From a virus (Duplodnaviria > Caudoviricetes), in IMG/VR virus record IMGVR_UViG_3300006120_000023, positions 1 to 59,138 of that record: 59,138 bases of DNA; one strand, 5' to 3'. A program made the position numbers and the translations under genes. The first letter of the stretch is position 1; each line of letters starts with the position of its first letter. This document shows positions 9,334 through 18,079 of this stretch, one piece after another. The notes under the pieces are model-generated. The model was given only the letters and a program-made list of their open reading frames with translations, made no database searches and had not been told where the DNA came from.

Positions 9334-11205
9334 TCATTCGCTGAAATCTACGAAGTCCATTTTCTCGATGCCGCGCATTGGGATCTCGCGCTGCTGACGC
9401 TGCGGCTTGGGTGTCGTCATGGTGGGCACCGTCCCGCTGCGTTGGCGGAACAGGAACACCAAAAGGCTCAGGGAGTCAAGTGCGTCCGGTGACTTCTGCC
9501 GGGTGCGCTTGCAGTATTCGGCCTTCGCCTCCACCCGCACCATGCCGCGCCCCTTCTGCTTGTACCGGCGACCGGTCGCCTGCTTCACCAGCTCCTCGTG
9601 GCGGAAGCCCGGGCTGATTTTTAGGTAGCCGAACTCAAGGTATTTGCCGAGGCCGAAGATCAGCTCGGTCACCACGCCGTTGTACATCTCGTTGGCCTTC
9701 TGGGTGTCGTCCCCGAGGATGTGCGTGTCGGTGGCAGCTTCCGAGTAGTTGACGCCCATCACCTCGGGGCCGAAGAGGTTTTTCAAGTTGTCATGCACGC
9801 CCGATCCGTTGCCGGTGCGGTCAACGCACACCCAGCCCGGTCCGATCCTCATCTGGTTGCAGAACCGCATGATGGCCTGCGTCTGCTTCACGGTGTCGCC
9901 CTTCGGGAACGGCATCTGGCTGTCGATCTGCAGCACGGTCCGCGGCTTGTCAAACTGCTCAAACTTGCCGGACATCGGCGTCCATCCGTCGCTCAGGCCG
10001 AAGCGTCCGTAGGTGCACATCAGCTGGTCGTTGCCCTCGAGCGCAAGATCGAAGCTGGCAAGCGGCACGACGTTGCCAATGAACCGCACGATGCCGACCG
10101 CGTTGTCCATCATGGCCGGCGTGATGATCGCCATGCTCACGCCCTCCTGAGGGAACCACCCGCGGGCCATCGTGAAATACTCGCCGGTGCGCCCGCGGCT
10201 CTCGTAGTTCATGAAGCCCTCGTAGGTCTGCAGGCCGGCGTAGACGACCCGCTTCTGGGTCACGTTCTCGCTGCGTGCGGCGTCGAGTCGCAGGACGTGC
10301 CAGCCGTCCCGGCTCTTCCAGCTGTAGTCCTCCTCGCAGTCGATCGAGCCCCATCCCCGCTTCGGCTCGCACAGCCGGCCAAAGTGGCTGGTGCGGTCCT
10401 TCGGGTTGCTGGCGGCAAAGACCTTGATGTGGCCGGCGTTGTCCGGCGTGATCGTCGAGCACAGGTTGTTCACGCCCTCCCAGACGCCCGCCGGGATCTC
10501 CTCGGCCTCGTCAAGGATGACGAAGTTGCGGGTCAGCTTGCCGAACCGCGGGTGTGCCTTGCCGTTGCGTGGCGACGGGTGGAATCCGCGGAGCACACCG
10601 AAGCCGCTCTCACCCTTCGGGATGGCGACGAGGTGGATGCCCTGCTTGCTGTCCTTGTTCACCTGAATGCTCTTGACCAGATCCTCGCCACCGGTGAACT
10701 CGGGTTTCACCAGCGCGGTGCGATGGAAGTTCTTGATCGAGGCAAAGATGTTCCGCTCGGCATGCTCGGCGGTGAGCGAGATGACCTTGATCGACGTGTT
10801 GGCTGGATCCTGCAGCCAGCTCAGGTAGAACCACGCCGCGGCACCAAAGCTCTTACCCATTGCGCCGGCGCCCTGCACCAGCAGCCGGTCCTCTTGGAAC
10901 AGGCTGCCCCAGACCTCCCGGGAGCTCTGTGGACGCCAGTCGTACACGTCAGGACCCCACAGGATCGTCGCAGCGGCCTCAAAATGGTCGCCATCGAGCA
11001 GGGAGCCCACATACCCCCAGACCACGTTGCGGGCTATTTCTGGGTCAAGCTGGAGCGATGCCGGCGGGTTCTGGGTCAGGTTGCTGAGGATCCAGTGGGC
11101 AGCGTACAAGATGCCGCGGTCCTCGTCTCGGTCGGCTTCAGCGCGAATCTTGGCGGCTACGTCCAGAAGCTTCTGTACGAGCGGGGTGGCTGCTACAGGG
11201 TTCAT
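9334..11205 (-). CDS. terL: terminase large subunit
   Basis: Likely start MNPVAAT at 11205. Walker A QGAGAMGKS, Walker B FVILDEAEE, ASNP coupling motif, RNase H-fold acidic residues SFDLA, CVDRTGNG and SPDALDS. Confidence 0.92.
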   Translation of the reverse strand: MNPVAATPLVQKLLDVAAKIRAEADRDEDRGILYAAHWILSNLTQNPPASLQLDPEIARNVVWGYVGSLLDGDHFEAAATILWGPDVYDWRPQSSREVWGSLFQEDRLLVQGAGAMGKSFGAAAWFYLSWLQDPANTSIKVISLTAEHAERNIFASIKNFHRTALVKPEFTGGEDLVKSIQVNKDSKQGIHLVAIPKGESGFGVLRGFHPSPRNGKAHPRFGKLTRNFVILDEAEEIPAGVWEGVNNLCSTITPDNAGHIKVFAASNPKDRTSHFGRLCEPKRGWGSIDCEEDYSWKSRDGWHVLRLDAARSENVTQKRVVYAGLQTYEGFMNYESRGRTGEYFTMARGWFPQEGVSMAIITPAMMDNAVGIVRFIGNVVPLASFDLALEGNDQLMCTYGRFGLSDGWTPMSGKFEQFDKPRTVLQIDSQMPFPKGDTVKQTQAIMRFCNQMRIGPGWVCVDRTGNGSGVHDNLKNLFGPEVMGVNYSEAATDTHILGDDTQKANEMYNGVVTELIFGLGKYLEFGYLKISPGFRHEELVKQATGRRYKQKGRGMVRVEAKAEYCKRTRQKSPDALDSLSLLVFLFRQRSGTVPTMTTPKPQRQQREIPMRGIEKMDFVDFSE

Positions 11206-11417
11206 CGGCGTATCGGACCTTTCTTGGGAATCCGACCAAGGTCCCACGTGCCGTTCTTCTCGACGGTGAGCTGGTCGGTCCTGAAATGCCGGACGGTCTG
11301 GTCGTGCAGCACAACGGTCCACACGTCGTTGGCAAAGGTGCCGCTGTTGGCGGCATAGATGGCCATGCCCTTGCCGAGCTCGGTCACCACCGGAATGGGG
11401 TCTGGGAAGAATAACAT
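11202..11417 (-). CDS. hypothetical phage protein
   Basis: 71 aa (PIPVVTELGKGMAI...NDVWTV), ATGA-coupled to terL. Confidence 0.65.
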   Translation of the reverse strand: MLFFPDPIPVVTELGKGMAIYAANSGTFANDVWTVVLHDQTVRHFRTDQLTVEKNGTWDLGRIPKKGPIRR

Positions 11418-11505
11418 CAGATAACCTTTGGAGTGAATAATTGCTATTGTTGATAATCAACAAGTTACGCAAATGTAAGATAATGCGGGCAAAATTTTAC
11501 ACATT

Positions 11506-12039
11506 CTATTCTGTCGGTGGGGCGCTGTCCCATTTTTCCGATTCCTCGCCGTGAGGCAGGGTTTCGGACTCTTGGGGCTCCCCCGCGGTCAGCGCCTCTT
11601 GCGGTAGCTGCACCACCTCGGCGTCAATCACGTCCCGGTGAGGCACGTTGAACAGCAGCTTCAAATCGGAGGCCGAGTTGATCTGCACCTTCTCAGGCGC
11701 GAACTCGCCGGCAATCCTCGCGTCAGCCAACAACGCGGCCAGTGCGTCGTAGGTCTCGCCGGTGTCCTTGTTGTAGGTCTTGGTCGGGATCATGCCCTCG
11801 GCCATTTGCCGAAGTACCTCGCGCTTCCGAGACAAGTCCATGACTGCGCGAAGCGCGACCTCTTCCCGGAACTCCTCGATCCGTTCCCGCACGCCCGGCG
11901 TCTTGTTCAGCAGGTTGTAGCCTGACTGGTTGGGGGCAGAGTTGTTCGGGTACAGGATGCGATAGGCTTCGGTGTACGTTTTGCCGGATGCGATCAGGTG
12001 GCAAAATTTTTCGTGGCGAGCGTTGGCGAGAGCGGGCAT
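11506..12039 (-). CDS. terS: terminase small subunit
   Basis: N-terminal LANARHEKFCHLIASGKTYTEAYR helix-turn-helix typical of TerS; upstream of terL. Confidence 0.85.
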   Translation of the reverse strand: MPALANARHEKFCHLIASGKTYTEAYRILYPNNSAPNQSGYNLLNKTPGVRERIEEFREEVALRAVMDLSRKREVLRQMAEGMIPTKTYNKDTGETYDALAALLADARIAGEFAPEKVQINSASDLKLLFNVPHRDVIDAEVVQLPQEALTAGEPQESETLPHGEESEKWDSAPPTE

Positions 12040-12263
12040 GAATGTGTGGTTGCTTTACAGAGTAGACTAAGATTTGTGAGACAAATAGTCGCAACAGAGT
12101 AACGTTGTCAACATCAAATCTGTTCAATTTAGAATCATTCTAAATAAGAGCTATCGCTGAGAATTTTCTTATGACACACGAAGCCCTTGCACACTACAGC
12201 CGGCCATTGTAGCGTTCACCTGTCGCCCGCGGTTTCTCGCCGTTGCTTGGCGGTGTTCTCTGC

Positions 12264-12314
12264 AAAGCCCTCGACCAGCAACCTGATGCCGCTGGTCGGG
12301 GGTTTTGTGTTTTT
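12264..12314 (+). terminator. intrinsic terminator-like hairpin
   Basis: AAAGCCCTCGACCAGC...GCTGGTCGGGGGTTTT followed by GTGTTTTT. Confidence 0.55.
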
Positions 12315-12485
12315 GTCAGAAAAAGTACCCATTTTTTCTGACAAGAGTTACCATTCAAATGTAGTACAACGCATTTACCATCAGCAAGTAGTAATGACCT
12401 AAACCTATTCACAAGTCACCGACCCTGTTTCCGCTTGAATTTACAAAACCTTGCCCTTTATGCAAAGGTATGTAGGGTTTGTTTT

Positions 12486-12562
12486 GCAGTCCAATGTTCC
12501 AAGGATAGGCGAGCGAGACTCCAAATCTTGCTGGGTTGGTTCGATTCCAACGGGCTGTGCCA
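12486..12562 (+). tRNA. trnW: tRNA-Trp (anticodon CCA) with atypical D arm
   Basis: GCAGTCC/GGGCTGT acceptor plus G-CCA; GCGAGA-CTCCAAA-TCTTGC anticodon arm; GTTGG-TTCGATT-CCAAC T arm. The D region is non-canonical. Confidence 0.85.
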
Positions 12563-12620
12563 ATTTCCCGGGGATCTTCGGTGAACCGGTGCGCTGATCG
12601 AAAGGTTGGCCGCGATAAAT

Positions 12621-12695
12621 CGGGGGAGGCAGTGAGGGGTCACGAATCCGACTTGAAATCGGAATGGTGATAGCGACCTGACCCTCCCCCGACCA
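12621..12695 (+). ncRNA. tRNA-like RNA with UGA (Ser) anticodon loop and CCA end, no canonical T loop
   Basis: CGGGGGAGG/CCTCCCCCG stem plus A-CCA; TCCGA-CTTGAAA-TCGGA; GTGA-GGGG-TCAC. Confidence 0.55.
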
Positions 12696-12836
12696 TGTAG
12701 CGTTTACGTGACATATCCCCGTTCACAGTAGCGTGAACACTACAAAAACAGGAACCCCGAAGTTTTCACCGATAGATGAAGTCAGACTTTATAAAAGGAC
12801 GCATTTTCAATAACCTAGCCTTCCGAAAAGGACAGA

Positions 12837-12943
12837 GTTACCGATCGGTAACATTTTAACCAAGTCAACGCTCGCAGTCCCAATTTATACCCGCTCGGTA
12901 ATAACCGCAGAGAATTACCCGTGGGCAATACCCGATCGGGTTT
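12837..12943. repeat. four related palindromic boxes (TACC[C]GATCGG-like)
   Basis: GTTACCGATCGGTAAC, TATACCCGCTCGGTAAT, ATTACCCGTGGGCAAT, ATACCCGATCGGGTTT. Confidence 0.7.
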
Positions 12944-13229
12944 ATCCCGGTGCCCCCAAATGAAGCGTAGCTTGATTAGCAGACGCTGGAATAATCACCC
13001 ATGAGGGGAATAACTACTCAACATCCAAACATCCAACCCCCAACCCCTCGCCATTTAACTCTCGACATCCAGCCCCCAACCCCCTACCCTCTCACTCGTA
13101 GCAGCCGACCCCCAACCCATCACAAATTGACCGGGTACCAACGCTACCTCGAGCCCCGTGCCTAACCGCCGGGGCTCGACCGTTTCAGGACCCAAAACAC
13201 CCAAATACATGGAGATTTACTAGAAACTC

Positions 13230-13458
13230 ACACTTTTTTCTATTTGCCATTACAAGGTATCCTAGAAAGTATAAAATTACAAATTGATATAATGATTTTA
13301 AGAAGTTCTTGTTATGGTTAAAAATATAGGGTCTATATGCTTGATGTACCAAAAACACGCGAATATCGTCCAGTTGCAAACTTTTCCCAAAATCGTTATA
13401 TCAATTTGTAATCCCGAACTTTTCTCTTGACTCCGCAATGGCAAATAGAAAAAAGTGT
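13230..13458. repeat. long AT-rich imperfect inverted repeat
   Basis: 22-bp perfect arms at 13230-13251/13437-13458 and 24-bp arms with 1 mismatch at 13276-13299/13389-13412. Confidence 0.9.
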
Positions 13459-13477
13459 AAATGTCCTCAATATGTCT

Positions 13478-14380
13478 ATGTCAAACAAAACACCACCGAA
13501 CCCACCAATCAGCCTCACCGACGTCTGGCTCCCGAGCTTCCCGCCGGCCATAAAACCCACCCTCGTGACCCGCACCCGCGACGCCATGATTGCCAAAATC
13601 CACGCCGGATCCAACCCCTCGCCGGCGACCATTCGGCAGCTCACCGGCGCCCTTGAGAGCTTCCACCCGGCGTCAGCTTCGGCCTCCGAATTGACCCACC
13701 GCGAGATATATAGTAACCCAAAAACAGGCACAGTTTTGCTCATTTTCTGGATTCCCGAGTCCGCCCCCGAGGTCACGCCCTATGCAGTCCGTACCAAGGG
13801 CCTTCGTATCCGCACCCGAGAGCTCCAGCCCATTGGTTTCCCGCTGATCTCCAATGACTACGTCAAACTTGAGATCGAGACGGCACGCGAAGCGCCTCCG
13901 GCAAACGGGCTCAAGAAGAGGCACGGCCACCGGCTCGAGCTCAGGAAGGCACGCCAGTCGATCAGCCACATCTTCCCGGGCCTGATCAAGATCGTCGTTG
14001 ACTGGCACGAGGGCACGCTCAAGACCAGCTTCGAGGGCGCCACCGTCCACAAGATCCTCAAGCACCGTGAGCTCTACGCCGCGGCACTCGCCAAGTTTGG
14101 CTTTGCCACGCACAGCCCCGACACCAATTTCAAGCTGGGCACGTGGCGTGTAAAGACCGGAGGACCCAAGAAGAAGTTCTACCACGTCCTGACCCTCTAC
14201 GTTGACCCCAATCCGAAGGCAAAGCCGGCGCGGTTGCGTGTTGACTTTACGCCGACGTGGGCTAGAAAGATCGTCCAGAAGACGGACGACGAGATCGACG
14301 AAGAACTCAGCCGCCTCCTGACAAACCGCGACGCCCTGATAAAGCGCCTCAAGATAAAAACAATCAACCGCAGATCCTGA
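13478..14380 (+). CDS. hypothetical protein
   Basis: About 300-aa ORF with coding-like codon use; start at ATG 13472 or 13478. Confidence 0.7.
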   Translation: MSNKTPPNPPISLTDVWLPSFPPAIKPTLVTRTRDAMIAKIHAGSNPSPATIRQLTGALESFHPASASASELTHREIYSNPKTGTVLLIFWIPESAPEVTPYAVRTKGLRIRTRELQPIGFPLISNDYVKLEIETAREAPPANGLKKRHGHRLELRKARQSISHIFPGLIKIVVDWHEGTLKTSFEGATVHKILKHRELYAAALAKFGFATHSPDTNFKLGTWRVKTGGPKKKFYHVLTLYVDPNPKAKPARLRVDFTPTWARKIVQKTDDEIDEELSRLLTNRDALIKRLKIKTINRRS

Positions 14381-14385
14381 ACCCC

Positions 14386-14586
14386 ATGAAAAAGAAAAGC
14401 ACAACCAAGAAATCCAACAAGCCCGGGCTGTATGCCAACATCGCAGCCAAGAAAAACCGGATCAAACACGGCTCTGGCGAGCGCATGCGTAAGCCCGGAG
14501 CCAAAGGAGCCCCGACGGCCAAAGCGTTCAAAGAGAGCGCCAAGACCGCCAAGAAACCCCTGAGCAAACTCAAACCCGTAAAATAA
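14386..14586 (+). CDS. small Lys-rich phage protein
   Basis: GLYANIAAKKNRI..GSGERMRKPG.KGAPTAKAFK pattern, which I recognise from aquatic phages. Confidence 0.75.
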   Translation: MKKKSTTKKSNKPGLYANIAAKKNRIKHGSGERMRKPGAKGAPTAKAFKESAKTAKKPLSKLKPVK

Positions 14587-14822
14587 TGGAAAAGAAATTT
14601 ACCAAGACGATAAAGAATCCCAAGACCGGCAAGACCAACACGGTACGCTACGGCCAGAAGGGATCGAGCATCAAACCCGGCACTGCCAAAGGTGACGCCT
14701 ACTGCGCCCGCAGCGCCGGACAAATGCGTGACCACAAATCCGCGGCGAATGACCCCAACAGCCCCCTGCGTCTTAGCCGCAAGAAATGGGCTTGTATTGG
14801 AAGCAGGTCAGCACGCAAGTGA
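14586..14822 (+). CDS. small basic phage protein (DUF6321-like)
   Basis: YCARSAGQ...DPNSPLRLSRKKWAC; TAATG-coupled. Confidence 0.7.
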   Translation: MEKKFTKTIKNPKTGKTNTVRYGQKGSSIKPGTAKGDAYCARSAGQMRDHKSAANDPNSPLRLSRKKWACIGSRSARK

Positions 14823-14867
14823 CATGAGCTGCAAGCCACACATAGACCCAGACGAAGACGAAGACGT

Positions 14868-15083
14868 ATGAAGACCAAGATCAAAGTATCCAAGCGCCCG
14901 TATTATTACGAGTGCGGCGACGGCTGCTGTCAAGAGTGGGGTGAGACATGGTACGTCAACGGCGAGGAAGTCTGCTCCGGACCGTGTGAAGACAACCGGC
15001 TGCAGCAACTTCTTAACCACCTCGGATTAGAGGCCACGATCGTGAACGAGAACGAAGAGGGAGAGGAGGTCTGCGAGATATGA
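14868..15083 (+). CDS. hypothetical Cys-cluster protein
   Basis: ECGDGCC motif; ATGA-coupled to the next gene. Confidence 0.65.
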   Translation: MKTKIKVSKRPYYYECGDGCCQEWGETWYVNGEEVCSGPCEDNRLQQLLNHLGLEATIVNENEEGEEVCEI

Positions 15084-15424
15084 ACCCCGACACACCAACA
15101 CCGAGGACGGAGGCCGTTCATAATTTAGTATCAAAAATCAGCCGTTGTGAGTCTGATCTACGTCATGAGAGGAGGCTAACAAACCTCTCTATGGAGCTAG
15201 AGCGCGAACTCGCCGATAAAACCAACGAGGTCGCAAGGCTCCGTGCGTCCTTAGAACTATACGAGAACATGATTAACCAGCGAGATGATGAACTGATAAG
15301 ACTCCGTGAGGAGAACGCCGAGCTAAAACAAGGAAAAGTCTTTGTCGATCCCAAGTGGATCTACAACCTAGAAACCCAACTAGCGACACCCCCTTGGGGT
15401 CCCGACGGAGACCCTGACCTATGA
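15080..15424 (+). CDS. hypothetical coiled-coil protein
   Basis: TPRTEA...LERELAD...VARLR heptad pattern. Confidence 0.6.
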   Translation: MNPDTPTPRTEAVHNLVSKISRCESDLRHERRLTNLSMELERELADKTNEVARLRASLELYENMINQRDDELIRLREENAELKQGKVFVDPKWIYNLETQLATPPWGPDGDPDL

Positions 15425-16038
15425 TCGCCCTCGTAACCGGCGCCACAAAGTTTTTCCGCCCCGTGCTCGAGGCCACGCTGCCCAGTAAAATTGCTTACTG
15501 CGACCGGCACGGCTACGACCTGCACGTGATCAACTTCGCACCCGACCCGTTGCTTGGCTTTGCCCGCATGGAGCGGACCTTTGACATCAGCCACGGATAC
15601 GACGCGACACTCTGGATTGACGGTGACTCAGTCATCACCAACCCAGACATCAAGGTCGAAGACATCGCCGGCGATACTCCGTTCACTGCGAGCCTTGATT
15701 GGTGGACTTCCGCGGGATACTTCTCGACCGGCAACTTCATCATCCGCCCGGACTATGCGTACCTCGAGATGGAATACTACGACGAGAAGGAATTTTTCCT
15801 CGGCCACGAGTGCCAAGAGCAACACGTGATGAACGAAATGCAGAAAAAATGGCCTGACCTGTTTACAATCCGACCGCAGGAAATCTTGAACGCTGTCCCA
15901 CAACGTGTGCGTGAAGATGTCAGCTGGAACGGACGGGATCCAATCATCCGCCCTTGGCAGCCCGGGGACTTCCTCGCACACCTCACCGGATGTGGGAACG
16001 ACACCCGCTTAAAGATCATACGTGAGCTGACGGCGTAA
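15421..16038 (+). CDS. GT34-like (GMA12/MNN10 type) glycosyltransferase
   Basis: KIAYCDRHGYDL, LWIDGDSVITNP, STGNFII, EQ and WQPGDFLAHLTG motifs. Confidence 0.8.
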   Translation: MIALVTGATKFFRPVLEATLPSKIAYCDRHGYDLHVINFAPDPLLGFARMERTFDISHGYDATLWIDGDSVITNPDIKVEDIAGDTPFTASLDWWTSAGYFSTGNFIIRPDYAYLEMEYYDEKEFFLGHECQEQHVMNEMQKKWPDLFTIRPQEILNAVPQRVREDVSWNGRDPIIRPWQPGDFLAHLTGCGNDTRLKIIRELTA

Positions 16039-16084
16039 TACAAACCGCCCGCGGAGCCAGTATTTATGCGGCTAAAAAATAATT

Positions 16085-16140
16085 AAAAAAGTTGTTGATC
16101 TCCCAAGCAACTTGGTACATTATGTCTCCAGACAGTCGAA
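16085..16140 (+). promoter_or_regulatory. early promoter/operator module 1
   Basis: A-tract UP element, TTGATC-17-CATTAT, spacer palindrome CCAAG-CAA-CTTGG, downstream CCAGACAGTCGAA. Confidence 0.75.
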
Positions 16141-16171
16141 ACCACACCCACACATCAAACCCATAAATACA

Positions 16172-16468
16172 ATGAGCATCCAATTCAAAAAAGGTCAGTT
16201 AGTCACAATTTTTGACAAGAAGACAAATTCCCCTCAAAAAATCAAAGGAAAGGATTTTTTCTACGGGTACAGAAATTCTCTCGGTGAGAACCTTCGTGTG
16301 CCGGCCAAGTTCCTTGTCTATTACTTTGAAGGGATCTGCGATAAAGACCCCTCCAAAGCATGGGTCCGCCAAAAAGGAGTCACATACTCCTCAGGTCGCC
16401 TTGTTGAGTTCCGCCCTAGTTTCCCACTGCTTGTTCCTGTAAGTGATCTTGCAGAGGCAGTTCTTTAA
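16172..16468 (+). CDS. hypothetical early protein
   Basis: Start MSIQFKKGQ after a CCATAAATACA leader. Confidence 0.65.
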   Translation: MSIQFKKGQLVTIFDKKTNSPQKIKGKDFFYGYRNSLGENLRVPAKFLVYYFEGICDKDPSKAWVRQKGVTYSSGRLVEFRPSFPLLVPVSDLAEAVL

Positions 16469-16493
16469 TCAACCCCAACCAATCCATACATCC

Positions 16494-16817
16494 ATGAGCA
16501 CCAAAAACAACATCATCAACGGAGCCCGCATCCTCAAGAAAGGCGTGCGTGACATCAACACCGGAACCTACACCCCCTGCTGGTACAGCTTCGGCCAGCG
16601 CATCCGACCAGACGGCAGCACCTACGAGGCCGTCGTCATCTACGCCCGCGACTACAAGCCACTGCCCGCCGGCCTGAGCCCCATCAACGACAGCGACCTC
16701 CGCACCGACTACTTCGAGCAGGACCGGGCTGTCTTCCCCAAAGGCACCGCGGAATACGACGTGATCGCCGAGGTCACCGGAACCCGCGTTGACTTCATCA
16801 AAGCGATTGCCGCATAA
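16494..16817 (+). CDS. hypothetical early protein
   Basis: Start MSTKNNIING; IND SDLRTDYFE-type motif; strong C-ending codon bias. Confidence 0.7.
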   Translation: MSTKNNIINGARILKKGVRDINTGTYTPCWYSFGQRIRPDGSTYEAVVIYARDYKPLPAGLSPINDSDLRTDYFEQDRAVFPKGTAEYDVIAEVTGTRVDFIKAIAA

Positions 16818-16861
16818 TGAGAACCTTCAACCTACACAAACATCAACCCATACACACACGC

Positions 16862-17095
16862 ATGAACGCACTTGAATACTCCACCTTTGACAACCCGAAA
16901 GAGTTTGACATCTCCGACGTGGTCGAAGCTTTCAAACACGATTGGAACAGCCGGTTCCAAAACTTTGCTTATTCCGCACCCGCCCTTGACGGCCTGAGCG
17001 ATCAAGAGATTGTCCTCACACTGGCCCGCGGCGTCATCAATCTCGCCTCTGACTACAAGCGAGTCGCCACCATCCTTCACACCCAAACCAACTGA
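16862..17095 (+). CDS. hypothetical early protein
   Basis: Start MNALEYST after a CCATACACAC leader. Confidence 0.6.
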   Translation: MNALEYSTFDNPKEFDISDVVEAFKHDWNSRFQNFAYSAPALDGLSDQEIVLTLARGVINLASDYKRVATILHTQTN

Positions 17096-17099
17096 ACAC

Positions 17100-17345
17100 A
17101 TGAAGCTCAAAACCGCTCAATTCCTCACCGTCACCGCCTTCATCCTTGGACTCGGAGTCCTTGATTGCTGCGTCACCAGCCTCTACTGGCAGCACCTCGC
17201 AACCCAGCACCACGCAGCCCACTTCGAGGCCGACAGCTGGGGTCTGGTCAGCTTCCACTGGCACGATGAGTACGCCCAGACCCCGCTTGCCGATCCCGTC
17301 AACGATTCGCTCACACCTCCAACCTCAAAAAATAAACAGCCATGA
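17100..17345 (+). CDS. hypothetical membrane protein
   Basis: MKLKTAQFLTVTAFILGLGVL hydrophobic N-terminus. Confidence 0.55.
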   Translation: MKLKTAQFLTVTAFILGLGVLDCCVTSLYWQHLATQHHAAHFEADSWGLVSFHWHDEYAQTPLADPVNDSLTPPTSKNKQP

Positions 17346-17809
17346 GCCGCTCCGTATCCACACACCGCCACGCCATCGCCACCGTCTATCTCTCAGCACC
17401 TGAGACAGACGACCACACGTCTTTTGCAGACTACCTGTGGGACGAGTTTATCGACGACCTCCGCAACGTCCTCACCGGCGCTGCCGGCGTAGACTCAGGG
17501 CTCCTCGTCAACAACAAACCCTTCACTGGGTTCGACGGCTACCAAGAAACCAGCCGCTGGTCCGGTCGTGAAGATCACGTCATCCTCGAGGGCGAGCTCA
17601 CCGAGATCAGCGTCAGCCAATACGGTTGCATTGTTGCCGTATGTCTTGCACCGCTTGACCCCGACGAGCCCAGCCACCGCCACGCCTGCGAACACGCAGC
17701 GCCCTACTTCAACGAGCTGCTGCGCCGGGCGTTTCCAAACTCGTTCCTTCGCAAAGTCGGAACATTCAGCAACGGAGAATCCGTCTACGAACGCATACAA
17801 GCAGCCTAA
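17342..17809 (+). CDS. hypothetical early protein
   Basis: 155-aa ORF, ATGA-coupled, coding-like bias. Confidence 0.7.
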   Translation: MSRSVSTHRHAIATVYLSAPETDDHTSFADYLWDEFIDDLRNVLTGAAGVDSGLLVNNKPFTGFDGYQETSRWSGREDHVILEGELTEISVSQYGCIVAVCLAPLDPDEPSHRHACEHAAPYFNELLRRAFPNSFLRKVGTFSNGESVYERIQAA

Positions 17810-17833
17810 CCCAAACCCAACATAAACACACCC

Positions 17834-18058
17834 ATGAGCACAACACGCACCCAACTCCAACACATCCTCGACAACGTCGAACCGTTATTCAACGTCTGCG
17901 TCAAGCAAGCACAGCGTCACGGCCTTGACGAAATCCGCATCAGCACGACCCGCGCCCGGGAGATCCTGACCACCCTGCAGATCGCCAAAAAAGCGCTTGA
18001 AGTCCCAAGCAAGGTAAGCAACACTCAGTCCTATCGGGAACCAAACTGGCTCCGGTAA
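17834..18058 (+). CDS. hypothetical protein
   Basis: 74 aa with a C/A-rich leader. Confidence 0.6.
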   Translation: MSTTRTQLQHILDNVEPLFNVCVKQAQRHGLDEIRISTTRAREILTTLQIAKKALEVPSKVSNTQSYREPNWLR

Positions 18059-18079
18059 ACATCCAACCCAATAAATACA

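Noticed and set aside
9334-11472. ORF-track starts for terL (11472), helicase (23162), GTs (2145, 3448) and the HExxE-Erv gene (34131)
   Set aside because: The extensions overlap other credible genes. Downstream ATGs coupled to the preceding stops fit better.
12187-12643. Short ORFs in the divergent region
   Set aside because: They overlap tRNA and hairpin elements and lack coding-like composition.
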